Positions 21,110 through 31,777 of a stretch of 64,000 bases of DNA are shown here, piece by piece. Position 1 is the first letter of the stretch; each line of letters opens with the position of its first letter. The position numbers and the translations under genes are program-made. This DNA comes from a virus (lineage: Duplodnaviria > Heunggongvirae > Uroviricota > Caudoviricetes), in IMG/VR virus record IMGVR_UViG_3300001605_000025, positions 1-64,000 of that record; one strand, 5' to 3'. The notes beneath the pieces were generated by a model. The model was not told the origin of the DNA. It saw only the letters and a program-made list of their open reading frames with translations, and did no database searches.

Positions 21110-21264
21110 CCTTGGAACATTAGCGTTCTTTACTGGGTCCCGACCCTCCGCTTTTTTCGAGTGGAACGATCCAGACGACTGGGCCGAACGACTAACGTTT
21201 GATAGTTTAGTAATGAACACTGCAATGCCAGAGCTAATAAATAAAATTATTGGAGGGGATTCCA

Positions 21265-24200
21265 ATGGCAGATCGTGAAATTATTGAGTACGAAATAGTA
21301 ATGGATGATACCCAACTAGTAGAGACGGAACGGAGAGTGAAGGAACTTCGTGGAATGCTTGAAGATGTCCGGAAAGGTGTTACTGTTAATATGACTGTAC
21401 CGGATATCGAGAAGGAACTGAAAGCTCGTGTTGCTGCTATAAATAGCTATATTAAGGGTAGTATTAAAATCGACGATATGTTCGATAGACGATTTGACAG
21501 AAATGCTGCTCGTTCTGTAGGTGATGATGTTGGTAAGCAAGTTGCAAAAGGAATGACTGAAGCAATACGAAGTGCCTTAAATAAATTCACACCTGATACT
21601 GATGTTAATCTCGAGAAGCATATTGCTGATCCCCTCCAGCAAAAGACTATTCGTGAAACGTTAACACCTAGTAAAACAAAGACATCACAACTTGTAGCAT
21701 CGAAACGTGAATCGTTAGCTAACATTAAACAGTCTATTACTGCCCTACAAAATCTAACCGCTGAACAGAAATCAGAGCTATCAAAGCGAAATAAAGAGAT
21801 CGACAGACTGTATAGTGATGAGGAACGGGCTGATAACGAGTTTATTGATCAGTTAACTGATGCTGAAGAGCGTCATGATCAAGTTATTAAAGACTTATCA
21901 GTTCAGATGAAAAAGCCACGGTCTGAACTGAAAGATGAAGGCTTCTATATTAAAGGGAAGTTCGTAAAGACTGGATTCGGATCACATAGGGACGTATTGG
22001 AACCCACACCATTAGTTACTCCAGCTAGTAAAGAGTATGGAAAAGGCATCGGAGCTCAACAGAAGATACCAGAACCAGGTCCTGTTCCGTCTAGATTACC
22101 GTCTCGTGACAGGTTTAAGACGAATGAAGAGTTTCTACTGGCGTTAAGAAAGGCCCGTGAGTTTTATATTACTCAGACGTTTAAGGAGATCTTTGGACGT
22201 GGAGCGATAGATACTAAGGCTTTAAGTAGGATGACAAAGGAGCAGCTAGCAATTACGACTAATGAGAATGCACCACGGAAGCCGAGATTAGATAAACAGA
22301 TCGAAACTGAGTTAAAGTTACTGTTTAACGATCCGAAGTATACTGTTAAGTTAAATGAGATATTAAAACAAGCTGAGACGAATGAACTTGGTGCTATACA
22401 AGAAATTAGATCTATTATAGAGTATGAACGTGGTAAAGTTGACGATATAATGCCCTATAATAGGATTAAACAGTGGAAGGATAGACTAAAGTCTACTGAA
22501 CCGGAGGATACTGGAAAACGTGAATATCATCAGGTAGTTCCGAGACATCAGGCGTATGATCCATTGTGGCACAAAAGGGCAGGACGGACAGTAGAACGTA
22601 CTGTATCAGCTGAACCGGTTGATCAGTTGACTGATAAGTTTGTGCGACAGAAAGACGTTAAGTATGATACGATATCTAAGATACAACGGAGGATGCGTGG
22701 TATTAATAAACTAGCTGATCAGTTGTATACTGTAATTCAGGACGCACAGACGTTATCACCTAAGTTTTATGCTGCACTAAATACTAGACAGCCTAAACCG
22801 ATTAGTAAGCATGCTTTATCACCAAAATTGGAAGCTATGCTAGAGGTAGAAGCTGAAAGACAGTTAGCTCCACAACGAGAAGTTCAGAGAGCTCCCGCTA
22901 CATTAGTTGCGTTTACTGGACATCGTCCAAATAAACTTGGTGGATATGATGAGACAACACAACCAGTTAGAGATATTAAAGCCGGACTAGTAGACTCTAT
23001 ACGGACTGCTATTGCCAGTGGAACGAAACATTTCATATCAGGAATGGCACTTGGTGCTGATATGTGGGCTGCAGAGGCAGTACTCGAACTTAAAAAGGAG
23101 TTCCCTGATATTAAGTTAACAGCAGCTGTTCCATTTAAAGGTCAAGAACGTCAGTGGCCTAAACCAGTACAAGAACGTTATAGTAAAATATTAAGTCAGG
23201 CTGATACTGTTAAGTATATCTCAGATGAAAAGTCAAAACTAAGTATATCTCAGATGATGCAGAAGCGTAACCAGTGGATGGTTGATCAAGCCGACAAGAT
23301 GATTGCCGTATTTAGCGGATCTGCTGGAGGAACTGCAAACACTATCAGAGCTGCTAAGAAACGTGGAATACCGGTAGAAAATGTGCTTGAAAATTTGAAA
23401 CAACCTGAACAAGCGAGAACAGAGACAGTTCGGGAGGCTAAGAAGACGTTAGGTCCTCAGTATGTTCCACCTGTTGTACCAACGACTATTGAGCAGACTG
23501 AGAAAGTTGTTAAGCCTGTCGAGAAAGCGATTCAGAAGCCGGTAACTGAAAAGCAGGTGGGTCCAGATGCGTTCGCTAAAATAGCTGATGCGATTAATAA
23601 TCAGTTGACGATCCAATCTGGACCCGGACTTACTCCTGAACAGTTAACTAAGCATATAGACTGGATGGGACTTGGAAAGGAAATTGGTACTGGGTTTGAA
23701 CCAAATCCTATTAATCTGAAACCGATTCAGGAAGCTATGGAACGGGTACTAAACGCTGAACCGCCAAAATTATTAACAGCAGGTAAACCAACTGAAGTGC
23801 CTGATAAGGTAACATTGTATCGTGGGGGAGCACGTAAGAAAGAAGATAGTGATATAGAATCTACAAGTAATTGGTTCACAGATGAGCTGGAACGTGCACG
23901 CGGATACGCAGCTATGCGGACTATGGCGTCTGAAGGAGAAAATAAAGTTCCAGCGATTAAAACAATTAGTGTTCCATCTAGTTTACTAAAAACGTTAAAA
24001 GATGTTGGGTCACATAGTCCGGGACATGAATTCCAGTTACCACCGGAAATTGCTAAACGTGCAGAAACTGCCCCAGACTTACTGAAAGGTCCGATCACTA
24101 TATATGGTAAGACACCAACAGTTAAAATGCAACAGGCTTACGATTCGTTAGTTGATAAGGTAATTCAACCAATAAAGACTGGGATTGATACATTTAATAA

Positions 24201-27200
24201 TCGATCAACTGAGATACCAGCTGAATCGGGAACGAAGTATTTCAAGAATGCCCCAAAGAGTCAACGATTTGAAGACTCATTAAGTGGACTAGATCGTAAA
24301 GAGTATATGCAAGAATCTCAAGAAGGACTTGATGCGTTACATAATGAAATGAATAATATGACCTGGGAGCAGAGTGGTGAAGTAAATAAAGTAAAAGATG
24401 TACAGAAGAAACGTCAGGACTTAATTGATTTTGTTAAGAATGCTGGTGTAAAAATTGGTCTCGATATCGATGAAACGATTCAAAGTATGAACGTGTTCTC
24501 GATTATGTTTGGTGAAGAGAGCAAGGGATTCTTAGATCCTGAATATATGAATAAGAATTACGAACAGTGGTTTGAGAAGCTAAATAAACTAAGCCCGATA
24601 TATAGTGATATACAAAAGTTCCTCGGGAATAAATCCGTACTGATAACAGCTAGACCAAATCTAGTGGGACTTCACGATAAAGCACAACAAATCGGTAAGC
24701 AGTTCGGAGCTATAGCAACGTTCGCAGTTGAGAATACGAAAGAGAAGGCTAAACTGATTAAGGAACTAGGACTAGAAACGTATTACGATGAGGATACGTT
24801 ACAAGTTACCAAATTACAGAAGGAGCTTGATGCAATAGGTGCAACGACTAAAGTTATGCAGTCTGATTTTGGTGTTGCAAGAGAGAAAGGTGAACTACCA
24901 AATGTTAAGCGTATGGCTGAACAAGCTACAGCTAAACCGGTAACTAGTCCTGTTAAGACTGAATTACCAACAGCTCCGGCACAGAAACCAACTAGGAATA
25001 CGATAGCTGATACGTTAAAGGGAATGGTAATAAACGGTGGTGCGTTAGGTGGTGCTGGACTTGGATTCCTTGGTGGGATGACACTTGGACCGTTACCTGC
25101 AGTCTTTACAGGTTGGTTAGGTGCTAACATTGGGATGTGGGTTGACCGGGTAATCAAGAGTGGTCAACTGAAACAGTCGATTGCGAATCTGTTCAATAAG
25201 ACACCAGTTGTTGAGATTCCACCTACTGTTGTTGAGAAGACAACTCAGGTTGCTACTGGAATTAGTGACGCAATGGCTGGGATGTTAGAACGTTCGACGT
25301 TCCAGGCACAGAAAGTTATACGTGATAAGTTTGCATCTGTTGATAAGAACGGCGGAACGTTAACGATTGAAGAGGCTCCTGGTGCAGAACCTGCTTATCC
25401 TGGTGCAGCTGTTCCAAATGTTCCGTATGTGAATCCTGCTCTCGTTACTAGAGTTGAAGGAAGCGTAACGGGTATAGTTACAGCAATGACTACAGCATCG
25501 AGAGATATAGCGACCGCTGGTGGAAAGGTAGCTGGACAGATACAAGTTCTTGGGATGGAGGACTTCGGAAGTCTTGGTGGTAGTATAAAGGAAGCTGCAC
25601 AGAAAGGTGTTCAAGCTGTTCAGGAGAAAATGCCACGATTAGGATCGTCTGAACGTCCATATACCGGTGGTATTCGTTGGCAGAAGTTCTTAGACGGAAC
25701 GTTGTTTACGGATCAGAAAGCTTATGAGGAAGCAGTTGCAGCGAAGATTGATGAGTCAATTAAGTTCCAGGTTGACACGCTACGTGAGATGACTGGACTA
25801 TCGTTAGAAGCAGCAACAACGTTACGAAAGGATCTAGCTGCTATAATTAAGCCATCTCGTATGAAGATGTCTACGTTAATTGGTAGAGCTAAGGCGTATA
25901 TCGAGACTAAAGGGGCAACTGGAACTACTCCTGAGGCACTGAAGGAGTTTGCAACTGGTGAGGAGAAGATATTTGAACGATCTCATCCTGCAATGAAGAA
26001 TCTAGTTCCTGAGGACGTTACACCGTATCAGAGAATGTTTGGACAGGACTACACAATTAAACTGTCATTCCTAGATTATGATGAGTTCATGGCTGCAGCT
26101 GAGACTGTAAGACAGTTACCTGGATGGACTAGTACCGCGACTAAGGAATTCGAACGGTATGGTCAGCTCGGAACTAATGTTCTACATACGATGAAAGTTA
26201 CCGGACATATACCTGGTGGAAAGGAGATTGGGGGACGGATTGAACAGGTACGGACAGCTACCGAAACGTTAGCAACTGGACCATCGGCTATAACTGAAAG
26301 AAGTCAGTTAGAGATTGGAGATAAACGACTGAACTTACAGGAACGGATGAACTTAGCTGCGATGTATCTGGATAAACTGAACTGGAAGCTTGTACGCGGA
26401 CAGATGGCTCTATTAGGTATCGCATTCTCGATGATGGGTGCAATCAAGATGATCCAGAAGGCCTGGTCGACTGTAACAACTAGTATGTCGAATCTACCTG
26501 ATATATTTAAGAATATCGGTATGGCGATGGCATTCGGACCAGCTAACGCACAGGGATTCCTACGGACTATGCTTGGATCGAGTAACCAGATTGTTGGATC
26601 CTGGAAGAAGTTCACCGGTTATACAGCAACGTTAAACTCGATGCTTGCGTACTTTGCATTCCGTTTACTACAGGATACACGTGTAATCTTTGCGATCGAT
26701 CGATTGGTAGAGAAGATTATAGGACTACTGTCCGATCAGGCATTCTTAGATAAGATCTTCGGATTAATAGCTAACATTATCGATGCGTTACCTGGTGCAG
26801 TTGATTGGATCGTTAGTATGGTAACATGGTTAATGGGAATTTTAGAGACTCCAGGGATGAAGGATGTTCTAAAATGGGCTCTCGCTATGGGATTAGCAGC
26901 TCAGTTCCTGATGACCCCGTTAGCATTGTTAGGTGGTGCCGTACAGTTCTTGGGTTGGGCAGTTAGTGCACTAGCAGCTATACTAGCAACTGTACAAGCA
27001 GGATGGACTCTACTATTGGGACAGTTAATGGGAGCGCCAGCTGCATTAACTCAGGTTGTTGCCGGAATAGCTGGTGGAATCGTTCTTGGACTAGCTGCAG
27101 TCTGGTTACTCGTTAAGATGGGAATCATCGATGCAGTAGTTAAGATCGGTGAAGAGTTCCAGAAGAACTTCCCTGATATAATGGCTATACTGAGGATAGT

Positions 27201-28389
27201 TCTATCTCCGTTAGCGTTACTTGGTGGAATAATTCTTGAACTCGTTACAACAGGAGTTCAAGTATTCTGGGATACCTTACGTATTCTATTTGATAGAGGA
27301 GCAATAGATGCTGGAATATATCTGTTACAGGGTTTACTCTATTTAGTCGGTAGGATTGCTAACGTGATAGCGACAGTTCTAGTTGGTGTCATATCATCGG
27401 TTATGCAACTAGTAGTTAAAGCTATTATCAGTAACATAGGATTGATTCCGGGTGTTGGATCATTCCTATCAGCTATGGGATGGGATGCTAAAACTATCAA
27501 TGCTGAAATTGGTAAGGTAGCTACATCATTAACGGGTGGTATTGGATCGTTAGTAGATCAGTTCTTGAGACCTGCTAGTTATGGGATCAGCTCATTACCT
27601 GGAAGAGCTAGAGGCGGAAAGGTAGTTGCTGGAACACCCGTTATCGTTGGTGAAGAAGGACCTGAGGTGTTTGTACCAAGTGGATCTGGAGATATAATTC
27701 CGAATCATATGACTGGATATGCCGACGGTACAGTTGATGCTATAAGTCTTGAGGCGTCAGCAGAGAAGATCGAGAAAGGAGGATCTGATATTGTATACGG
27801 AGCCGAGGCATATAAACGTATAATGGAAGAACACCGTTCTAAGAATTTCGATATGATGAATCGGTTAATTGGTAATGTCGATCGGATATTCTGGGATGTA
27901 TCAACGGGAACGAATCAACAGATCGGAATGACGAACCCGAACGTACCTGTTACCGGTGATAAGGATTATACACGACATAGAGAACAATTCCTAAGTGCTA
28001 GAACACAGGAAGAAGTTCGTGCTATGCCAAGTGGATTCAGCGGACGATATACTGAACTTGTTCAACCTATTGCTAGTGCTGTGACTAGTATAGCAACCGG
28101 GATACATCAATCATACAGTAGTCTAGAAGAAGTTCTAAGATTACGCAAGTCGTTATCATCTATGGGACCGTTAGCGACTCCAGTGTATCCACATCTAGCA
28201 TCTGGTGGGTTTGTTATGCAGACTGGTGCTGCGGTTGTACATAAAGGAGAACGTATAATACCTGCTGAAGAAGCTTCAGTACAATCCGTTCAGGTTACTA
28301 ACTACGTTACGGCTACCGTCAATAATAAGACTGATGAGAAGTATCTGTTAGAGTTAATGGGTAGAAAGTATTACAGTGGAGCGTATTAA
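21265..28389 (+). CDS. tail tape measure protein carrying embedded YpsA-like SLOG domain and NT5C-like HAD nucleotidase domain
   Basis: ORF track 21250 (TTG); ATG 21265 with GGAGGGG SD. N-terminal coiled coils; SLOG/YpsA-like block VAFTGHRPNKLGGY...FISGMALGADMWAAEAVLELKKEFPDIKL...MIAVFSGSAGGTANTI (~22900-23390); HAD block with motif I LDIDET, motif II VLITARP, motif III KQFG, motif IV YYDED (~24450-24800); multi-helix hydrophobic core (~26300-27500); conserved TMP C-terminal VIVGEEGPEVFVP / LASGGFVMQTGAAVVHKGERIIPAEE. Confidence 0.85.
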   Translation: MADREIIEYEIVMDDTQLVETERRVKELRGMLEDVRKGVTVNMTVPDIEKELKARVAAINSYIKGSIKIDDMFDRRFDRNAARSVGDDVGKQVAKGMTEAIRSALNKFTPDTDVNLEKHIADPLQQKTIRETLTPSKTKTSQLVASKRESLANIKQSITALQNLTAEQKSELSKRNKEIDRLYSDEERADNEFIDQLTDAEERHDQVIKDLSVQMKKPRSELKDEGFYIKGKFVKTGFGSHRDVLEPTPLVTPASKEYGKGIGAQQKIPEPGPVPSRLPSRDRFKTNEEFLLALRKAREFYITQTFKEIFGRGAIDTKALSRMTKEQLAITTNENAPRKPRLDKQIETELKLLFNDPKYTVKLNEILKQAETNELGAIQEIRSIIEYERGKVDDIMPYNRIKQWKDRLKSTEPEDTGKREYHQVVPRHQAYDPLWHKRAGRTVERTVSAEPVDQLTDKFVRQKDVKYDTISKIQRRMRGINKLADQLYTVIQDAQTLSPKFYAALNTRQPKPISKHALSPKLEAMLEVEAERQLAPQREVQRAPATLVAFTGHRPNKLGGYDETTQPVRDIKAGLVDSIRTAIASGTKHFISGMALGADMWAAEAVLELKKEFPDIKLTAAVPFKGQERQWPKPVQERYSKILSQADTVKYISDEKSKLSISQMMQKRNQWMVDQADKMIAVFSGSAGGTANTIRAAKKRGIPVENVLENLKQPEQARTETVREAKKTLGPQYVPPVVPTTIEQTEKVVKPVEKAIQKPVTEKQVGPDAFAKIADAINNQLTIQSGPGLTPEQLTKHIDWMGLGKEIGTGFEPNPINLKPIQEAMERVLNAEPPKLLTAGKPTEVPDKVTLYRGGARKKEDSDIESTSNWFTDELERARGYAAMRTMASEGENKVPAIKTISVPSSLLKTLKDVGSHSPGHEFQLPPEIAKRAETAPDLLKGPITIYGKTPTVKMQQAYDSLVDKVIQPIKTGIDTFNNRSTEIPAESGTKYFKNAPKSQRFEDSLSGLDRKEYMQESQEGLDALHNEMNNMTWEQSGEVNKVKDVQKKRQDLIDFVKNAGVKIGLDIDETIQSMNVFSIMFGEESKGFLDPEYMNKNYEQWFEKLNKLSPIYSDIQKFLGNKSVLITARPNLVGLHDKAQQIGKQFGAIATFAVENTKEKAKLIKELGLETYYDEDTLQVTKLQKELDAIGATTKVMQSDFGVAREKGELPNVKRMAEQATAKPVTSPVKTELPTAPAQKPTRNTIADTLKGMVINGGALGGAGLGFLGGMTLGPLPAVFTGWLGANIGMWVDRVIKSGQLKQSIANLFNKTPVVEIPPTVVEKTTQVATGISDAMAGMLERSTFQAQKVIRDKFASVDKNGGTLTIEEAPGAEPAYPGAAVPNVPYVNPALVTRVEGSVTGIVTAMTTASRDIATAGGKVAGQIQVLGMEDFGSLGGSIKEAAQKGVQAVQEKMPRLGSSERPYTGGIRWQKFLDGTLFTDQKAYEEAVAAKIDESIKFQVDTLREMTGLSLEAATTLRKDLAAIIKPSRMKMSTLIGRAKAYIETKGATGTTPEALKEFATGEEKIFERSHPAMKNLVPEDVTPYQRMFGQDYTIKLSFLDYDEFMAAAETVRQLPGWTSTATKEFERYGQLGTNVLHTMKVTGHIPGGKEIGGRIEQVRTATETLATGPSAITERSQLEIGDKRLNLQERMNLAAMYLDKLNWKLVRGQMALLGIAFSMMGAIKMIQKAWSTVTTSMSNLPDIFKNIGMAMAFGPANAQGFLRTMLGSSNQIVGSWKKFTGYTATLNSMLAYFAFRLLQDTRVIFAIDRLVEKIIGLLSDQAFLDKIFGLIANIIDALPGAVDWIVSMVTWLMGILETPGMKDVLKWALAMGLAAQFLMTPLALLGGAVQFLGWAVSALAAILATVQAGWTLLLGQLMGAPAALTQVVAGIAGGIVLGLAAVWLLVKMGIIDAVVKIGEEFQKNFPDIMAILRIVLSPLALLGGIILELVTTGVQVFWDTLRILFDRGAIDAGIYLLQGLLYLVGRIANVIATVLVGVISSVMQLVVKAIISNIGLIPGVGSFLSAMGWDAKTINAEIGKVATSLTGGIGSLVDQFLRPASYGISSLPGRARGGKVVAGTPVIVGEEGPEVFVPSGSGDIIPNHMTGYADGTVDAISLEASAEKIEKGGSDIVYGAEAYKRIMEEHRSKNFDMMNRLIGNVDRIFWDVSTGTNQQIGMTNPNVPVTGDKDYTRHREQFLSARTQEEVRAMPSGFSGRYTELVQPIASAVTSIATGIHQSYSSLEEVLRLRKSLSSMGPLATPVYPHLASGGFVMQTGAAVVHKGERIIPAEEASVQSVQVTNYVTATVNNKTDEKYLLELMGRKYYSGAY

Positions 28390-28391
28390 TC

Positions 28392-29333
28392 ATGCCTCTA
28401 GCGATAACAAGAAGGATTAAGACTGGTGGATCGTTAGTAGATGCTGATCTAGTAGCTGCAACGTTTGATCCGAAACGGGTAACGTTGATACGTAAGATGA
28501 ATTCGGTCTTGACACCAATTCCTGGTGAGCAACATTTCGGGATGCCTATGGGTCCGGAAGCAGTAGAGTTTAGTGTTAATTTTTTGTGGGATCAATCTAA
28601 CTGCCCATGTCCCGGAAGAACATTTGCACAATCATTGAAACAGTGGACCTGTAATTCGATATATGCCGCTACACCATACGGTTCGTTAGTTAATGATATT
28701 GCGACCGCCCACTATATAGCTAAAACGATTACGTATGATCGAAAAGCTCCAGGTGTGAAAGGAGTTAAGAATGGTAGCTGTACGCTGTATCCGGTTTGGA
28801 ATGTAACAATGAACTTAATGAAATTGAGAGATTCAGATGTTACGGACTGTCCAACGTTTACCGATTATACGATTAGTAATTCGTACAGTGGGTCGAGTCT
28901 TACACCGTTCCTTGAAATGACTAATGTACTGGATGATTCTGATATTACTGTACAACCGTCAACAATAAAAGTTGCACATACTGGACAGCCTCAAGCTTTT
29001 GCGTTATATGATGAGGAAGCACTAAGTATATTACCACCGTTAGGTAACGTAGGACCGGTTATCGATATTGAGTTCCGAGCTAGTAATGCTGATTTTGAAC
29101 TTATAAAAGGATGGGCTGCCACACGAACAACTGTTGTATCAACTGATCAATGTCAGTATGACGAATTTGATATTGATAACGCTCCGTCTTACTATAGTAG
29201 ATGGATAGTAAGTGGTTATAGTTGGGATCGTGATGTTGGATCGGGAGGTCAGTATACAGCTACTGGTAAAGTGACTAGGCGTATAGCGATGTCGCTAACA
29301 CGTTATTGGGGATATGAATTACTGGAGGTGTAA
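28392..29333 (+). CDS. distal tail protein (Dit) candidate
   Basis: 313 aa immediately after TMP. Confidence 0.45.
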   Translation: MPLAITRRIKTGGSLVDADLVAATFDPKRVTLIRKMNSVLTPIPGEQHFGMPMGPEAVEFSVNFLWDQSNCPCPGRTFAQSLKQWTCNSIYAATPYGSLVNDIATAHYIAKTITYDRKAPGVKGVKNGSCTLYPVWNVTMNLMKLRDSDVTDCPTFTDYTISNSYSGSSLTPFLEMTNVLDDSDITVQPSTIKVAHTGQPQAFALYDEEALSILPPLGNVGPVIDIEFRASNADFELIKGWAATRTTVVSTDQCQYDEFDIDNAPSYYSRWIVSGYSWDRDVGSGGQYTATGKVTRRIAMSLTRYWGYELLEV

Positions 29334-29336
29334 AAT

Positions 29337-31298
29337 ATGCCGTGGATACTATATGAAGTACTTGCTGCTGCTACGCATAATGTGATAGATTCATCAAGAG
29401 CAATAGTATCATGTGATTTACAGAAACTGAATGAAGCAAGAGTGATTTGTTCACACTCTAACGTTAGTGGTCCAGTTGATAATGATACTGAAGTTCAGAT
29501 TATTGATCAAGTTGTTGATCCGGTAACTAAGTTGGTTACCGAGGAGCATGTACTGATACATGGATATGTAGAAAAGTATGCTCAGATGACTAAAGGAGCT
29601 ATTAATAGTACATACGAGTATACGATAAAGGAACTTGCTGGTGAACTAGAGAAGTATCGTGTACACGTAACGGGAACGTCTAACTATATCGTAACGTGTC
29701 CTGCTCAGAATACTAGTGCTTATGCAGCATCCATTTTAGTTGAAACAACGTGGAGTGCTGCGACAGCTATGACCAATTATTTAGTTGATGCATTACAGTT
29801 TCGTTACATGACTGCTTTAGCTGGACTTAATAAAATAGTCTCACAACTATCTGCGGCGACGGCTGCGACACCACTTTATATGTGGTTTGATAGTGATCTA
29901 AAGACGGTCGGCTGGGGGACCTCTAGGAACGATAGGACGTCTGTGAACTTTATCAAAGGACTGTATTACGATTATAAGGAAGAAAAGACAATCCGTAACC
30001 AGGTAAATGGTGTTGTTATATTTGGTGCTAATAGCGCGTATAGTGGCCAGTATCCAGCTGTTCCGACTGGACACAATCTAGCGGTATATCAGTATGACGA
30101 TGCGAATACTGATGCGGAATGTGAACAGATAGCAACTGCTGTATACTTGACGTGGTGTAATGATCCGAAACGACGTATCCAATTTAAGGTAAGACCTATA
30201 GATACGAAAGTTGCTGGAAGCTACGTATTAGAGGGTGATCGTATACAGGTCGATGGTGTTAACTATACGGTTATCGACATGACGTATACACCGAAAGATA
30301 TACTGATAGGTGTAAATGCTGGAGAGGACTCTGTTCTGTATAGTCTTGGTGATAAACTGAAACCAGTAGCCGGAACAGCTAGTGGAGCACTTAATCAGAG
30401 TTGGGATCCAGGAACACAGAATGTTAGTAGTGACGGAACTACTAAGACAGTCTTTACGTATCAGCTAGCTGATAATACGAAGCTTGGAGATGATTGGTTA
30501 CTAGACTGTACAATTGGAACGTATAAGGCTCAGTCCTATCAGGTTACGGCAGCTGTTGCTAATGAGTTGTTAAGTAATGTACTAGTTCCGTCTAGTTTCG
30601 ATGGACTTAGCTATCCAGGTGATCTGTGGAATGCAGCGACTACCTACTTACCATTCACATCTGGTACTCCTGAACTAGTTGCTGGTTCTGAGATCGAGAA
30701 CGGATTTGAATATGCATTCGCAACTGTATCGTTTACGACTGAACCTATATTAGCAACTGTTGATATTGGATACTTATATGTAACATGTGAATATAATTAT
30801 ACAGGAGCCACTACTGGATGGTTTGAAGGAACGTTCCAGCAGAAATGGAGAATCCCAACTGGTCCAGATGGAGAACGTACATTCTGTACGAATACGTATT
30901 TGATCCCTGGAACTGCGAATACGTGTCAGCCGCATGTTAGATGGAAGTGTCTAGCTGAGATTGGTGTTAATGATGTTGCTGCTGGTGTACATTATTATTT
31001 ACGGAATATTAGTTGTATGTTAGATGTTATACCGAGACATACTCATGACTGGCAACAGACTGGTGTGACGAATGCGAATGAACTGTTAGCTCCACAGACT
31101 GATGATGTTACTGAAGTGGAGACCACACCACCAGCATCGGTAACTGTGTACGTTAATGGAACAAATTTAGGATCGTTAACACCCGGAGTACCGAAGGATA
31201 TTAAATCATATCTAATTGATGGGATTAATGATATATCGTTTACATCGGATACTGTATGTACCGTCACACCATCTGGTAAGTTTATAATGTACGGGTGA
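29337..31298 (+). CDS. tail-associated (Tal)/baseplate hub candidate
   Basis: 653 aa after Dit; GGAGG SD. Confidence 0.45.
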   Translation: MPWILYEVLAAATHNVIDSSRAIVSCDLQKLNEARVICSHSNVSGPVDNDTEVQIIDQVVDPVTKLVTEEHVLIHGYVEKYAQMTKGAINSTYEYTIKELAGELEKYRVHVTGTSNYIVTCPAQNTSAYAASILVETTWSAATAMTNYLVDALQFRYMTALAGLNKIVSQLSAATAATPLYMWFDSDLKTVGWGTSRNDRTSVNFIKGLYYDYKEEKTIRNQVNGVVIFGANSAYSGQYPAVPTGHNLAVYQYDDANTDAECEQIATAVYLTWCNDPKRRIQFKVRPIDTKVAGSYVLEGDRIQVDGVNYTVIDMTYTPKDILIGVNAGEDSVLYSLGDKLKPVAGTASGALNQSWDPGTQNVSSDGTTKTVFTYQLADNTKLGDDWLLDCTIGTYKAQSYQVTAAVANELLSNVLVPSSFDGLSYPGDLWNAATTYLPFTSGTPELVAGSEIENGFEYAFATVSFTTEPILATVDIGYLYVTCEYNYTGATTGWFEGTFQQKWRIPTGPDGERTFCTNTYLIPGTANTCQPHVRWKCLAEIGVNDVAAGVHYYLRNISCMLDVIPRHTHDWQQTGVTNANELLAPQTDDVTEVETTPPASVTVYVNGTNLGSLTPGVPKDIKSYLIDGINDISFTSDTVCTVTPSGKFIMYG

Positions 31299-31762
31299 TA
31301 GTAATGACGTTTCAGAATGGTGATTTTGAAACTGGAGATCTGACGGGATGGACAGATAATAGTTCTGGTGCAGGATCAGCTTCTGTGACAACTGGAGCTA
31401 AATATAGTGGAACGTATGGATGTAGTTTGTTAATGTCATCTAATAGTGAAGGAACGATGGATGGTCAGGCATCGATTAGTCAAGACTTTGATACCAACTT
31501 CATCAGTATTAGTATGAAACATAAAGTGGCACAATTCGATGAAAGTCCAGGGATGGTTGGGTTTCGTGTGTATGTATCTGTACACGATGCTTCACATGCT
31601 GTAACGAATCTCTGGATATATGGGGGTTGGATATGGAGTACGTCGGACTGGGAAACGATGTCGTTCACGAAAGCTGAAATCGAGGCGATGTTTCCGTCCG
31701 GGTACCACTGGAACGAAAGTGGAGTGTCAACACTGATGATTAACCAGTTCGTGCTAGCTTAA
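31295..31762 (+). CDS. baseplate/tail accessory protein
   Basis: 155 aa, overlapping start. Confidence 0.3.
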   Translation: MIVMTFQNGDFETGDLTGWTDNSSGAGSASVTTGAKYSGTYGCSLLMSSNSEGTMDGQASISQDFDTNFISISMKHKVAQFDESPGMVGFRVYVSVHDASHAVTNLWIYGGWIWSTSDWETMSFTKAEIEAMFPSGYHWNESGVSTLMINQFVLA

Positions 31763-31777
31763 TAAGAGGTAGGATAC

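Noticed and set aside
23800-23900. ADP-ribosyltransferase-like R-S-E triad in the TMP (TLYRGG ... ESTSNW ... DELERA)
   Set aside because: Spacing between the Arg, STS and ExE elements is about 15 and 9 residues, far shorter than in real ARTs where each gap is about 40-60 residues. Treated as coincidental.
21316-26615. Several 70-125-aa minus-strand ORFs inside the tape measure gene
   Set aside because: Antisense to a continuous 7.1-kb coding sequence with clear TMP features.
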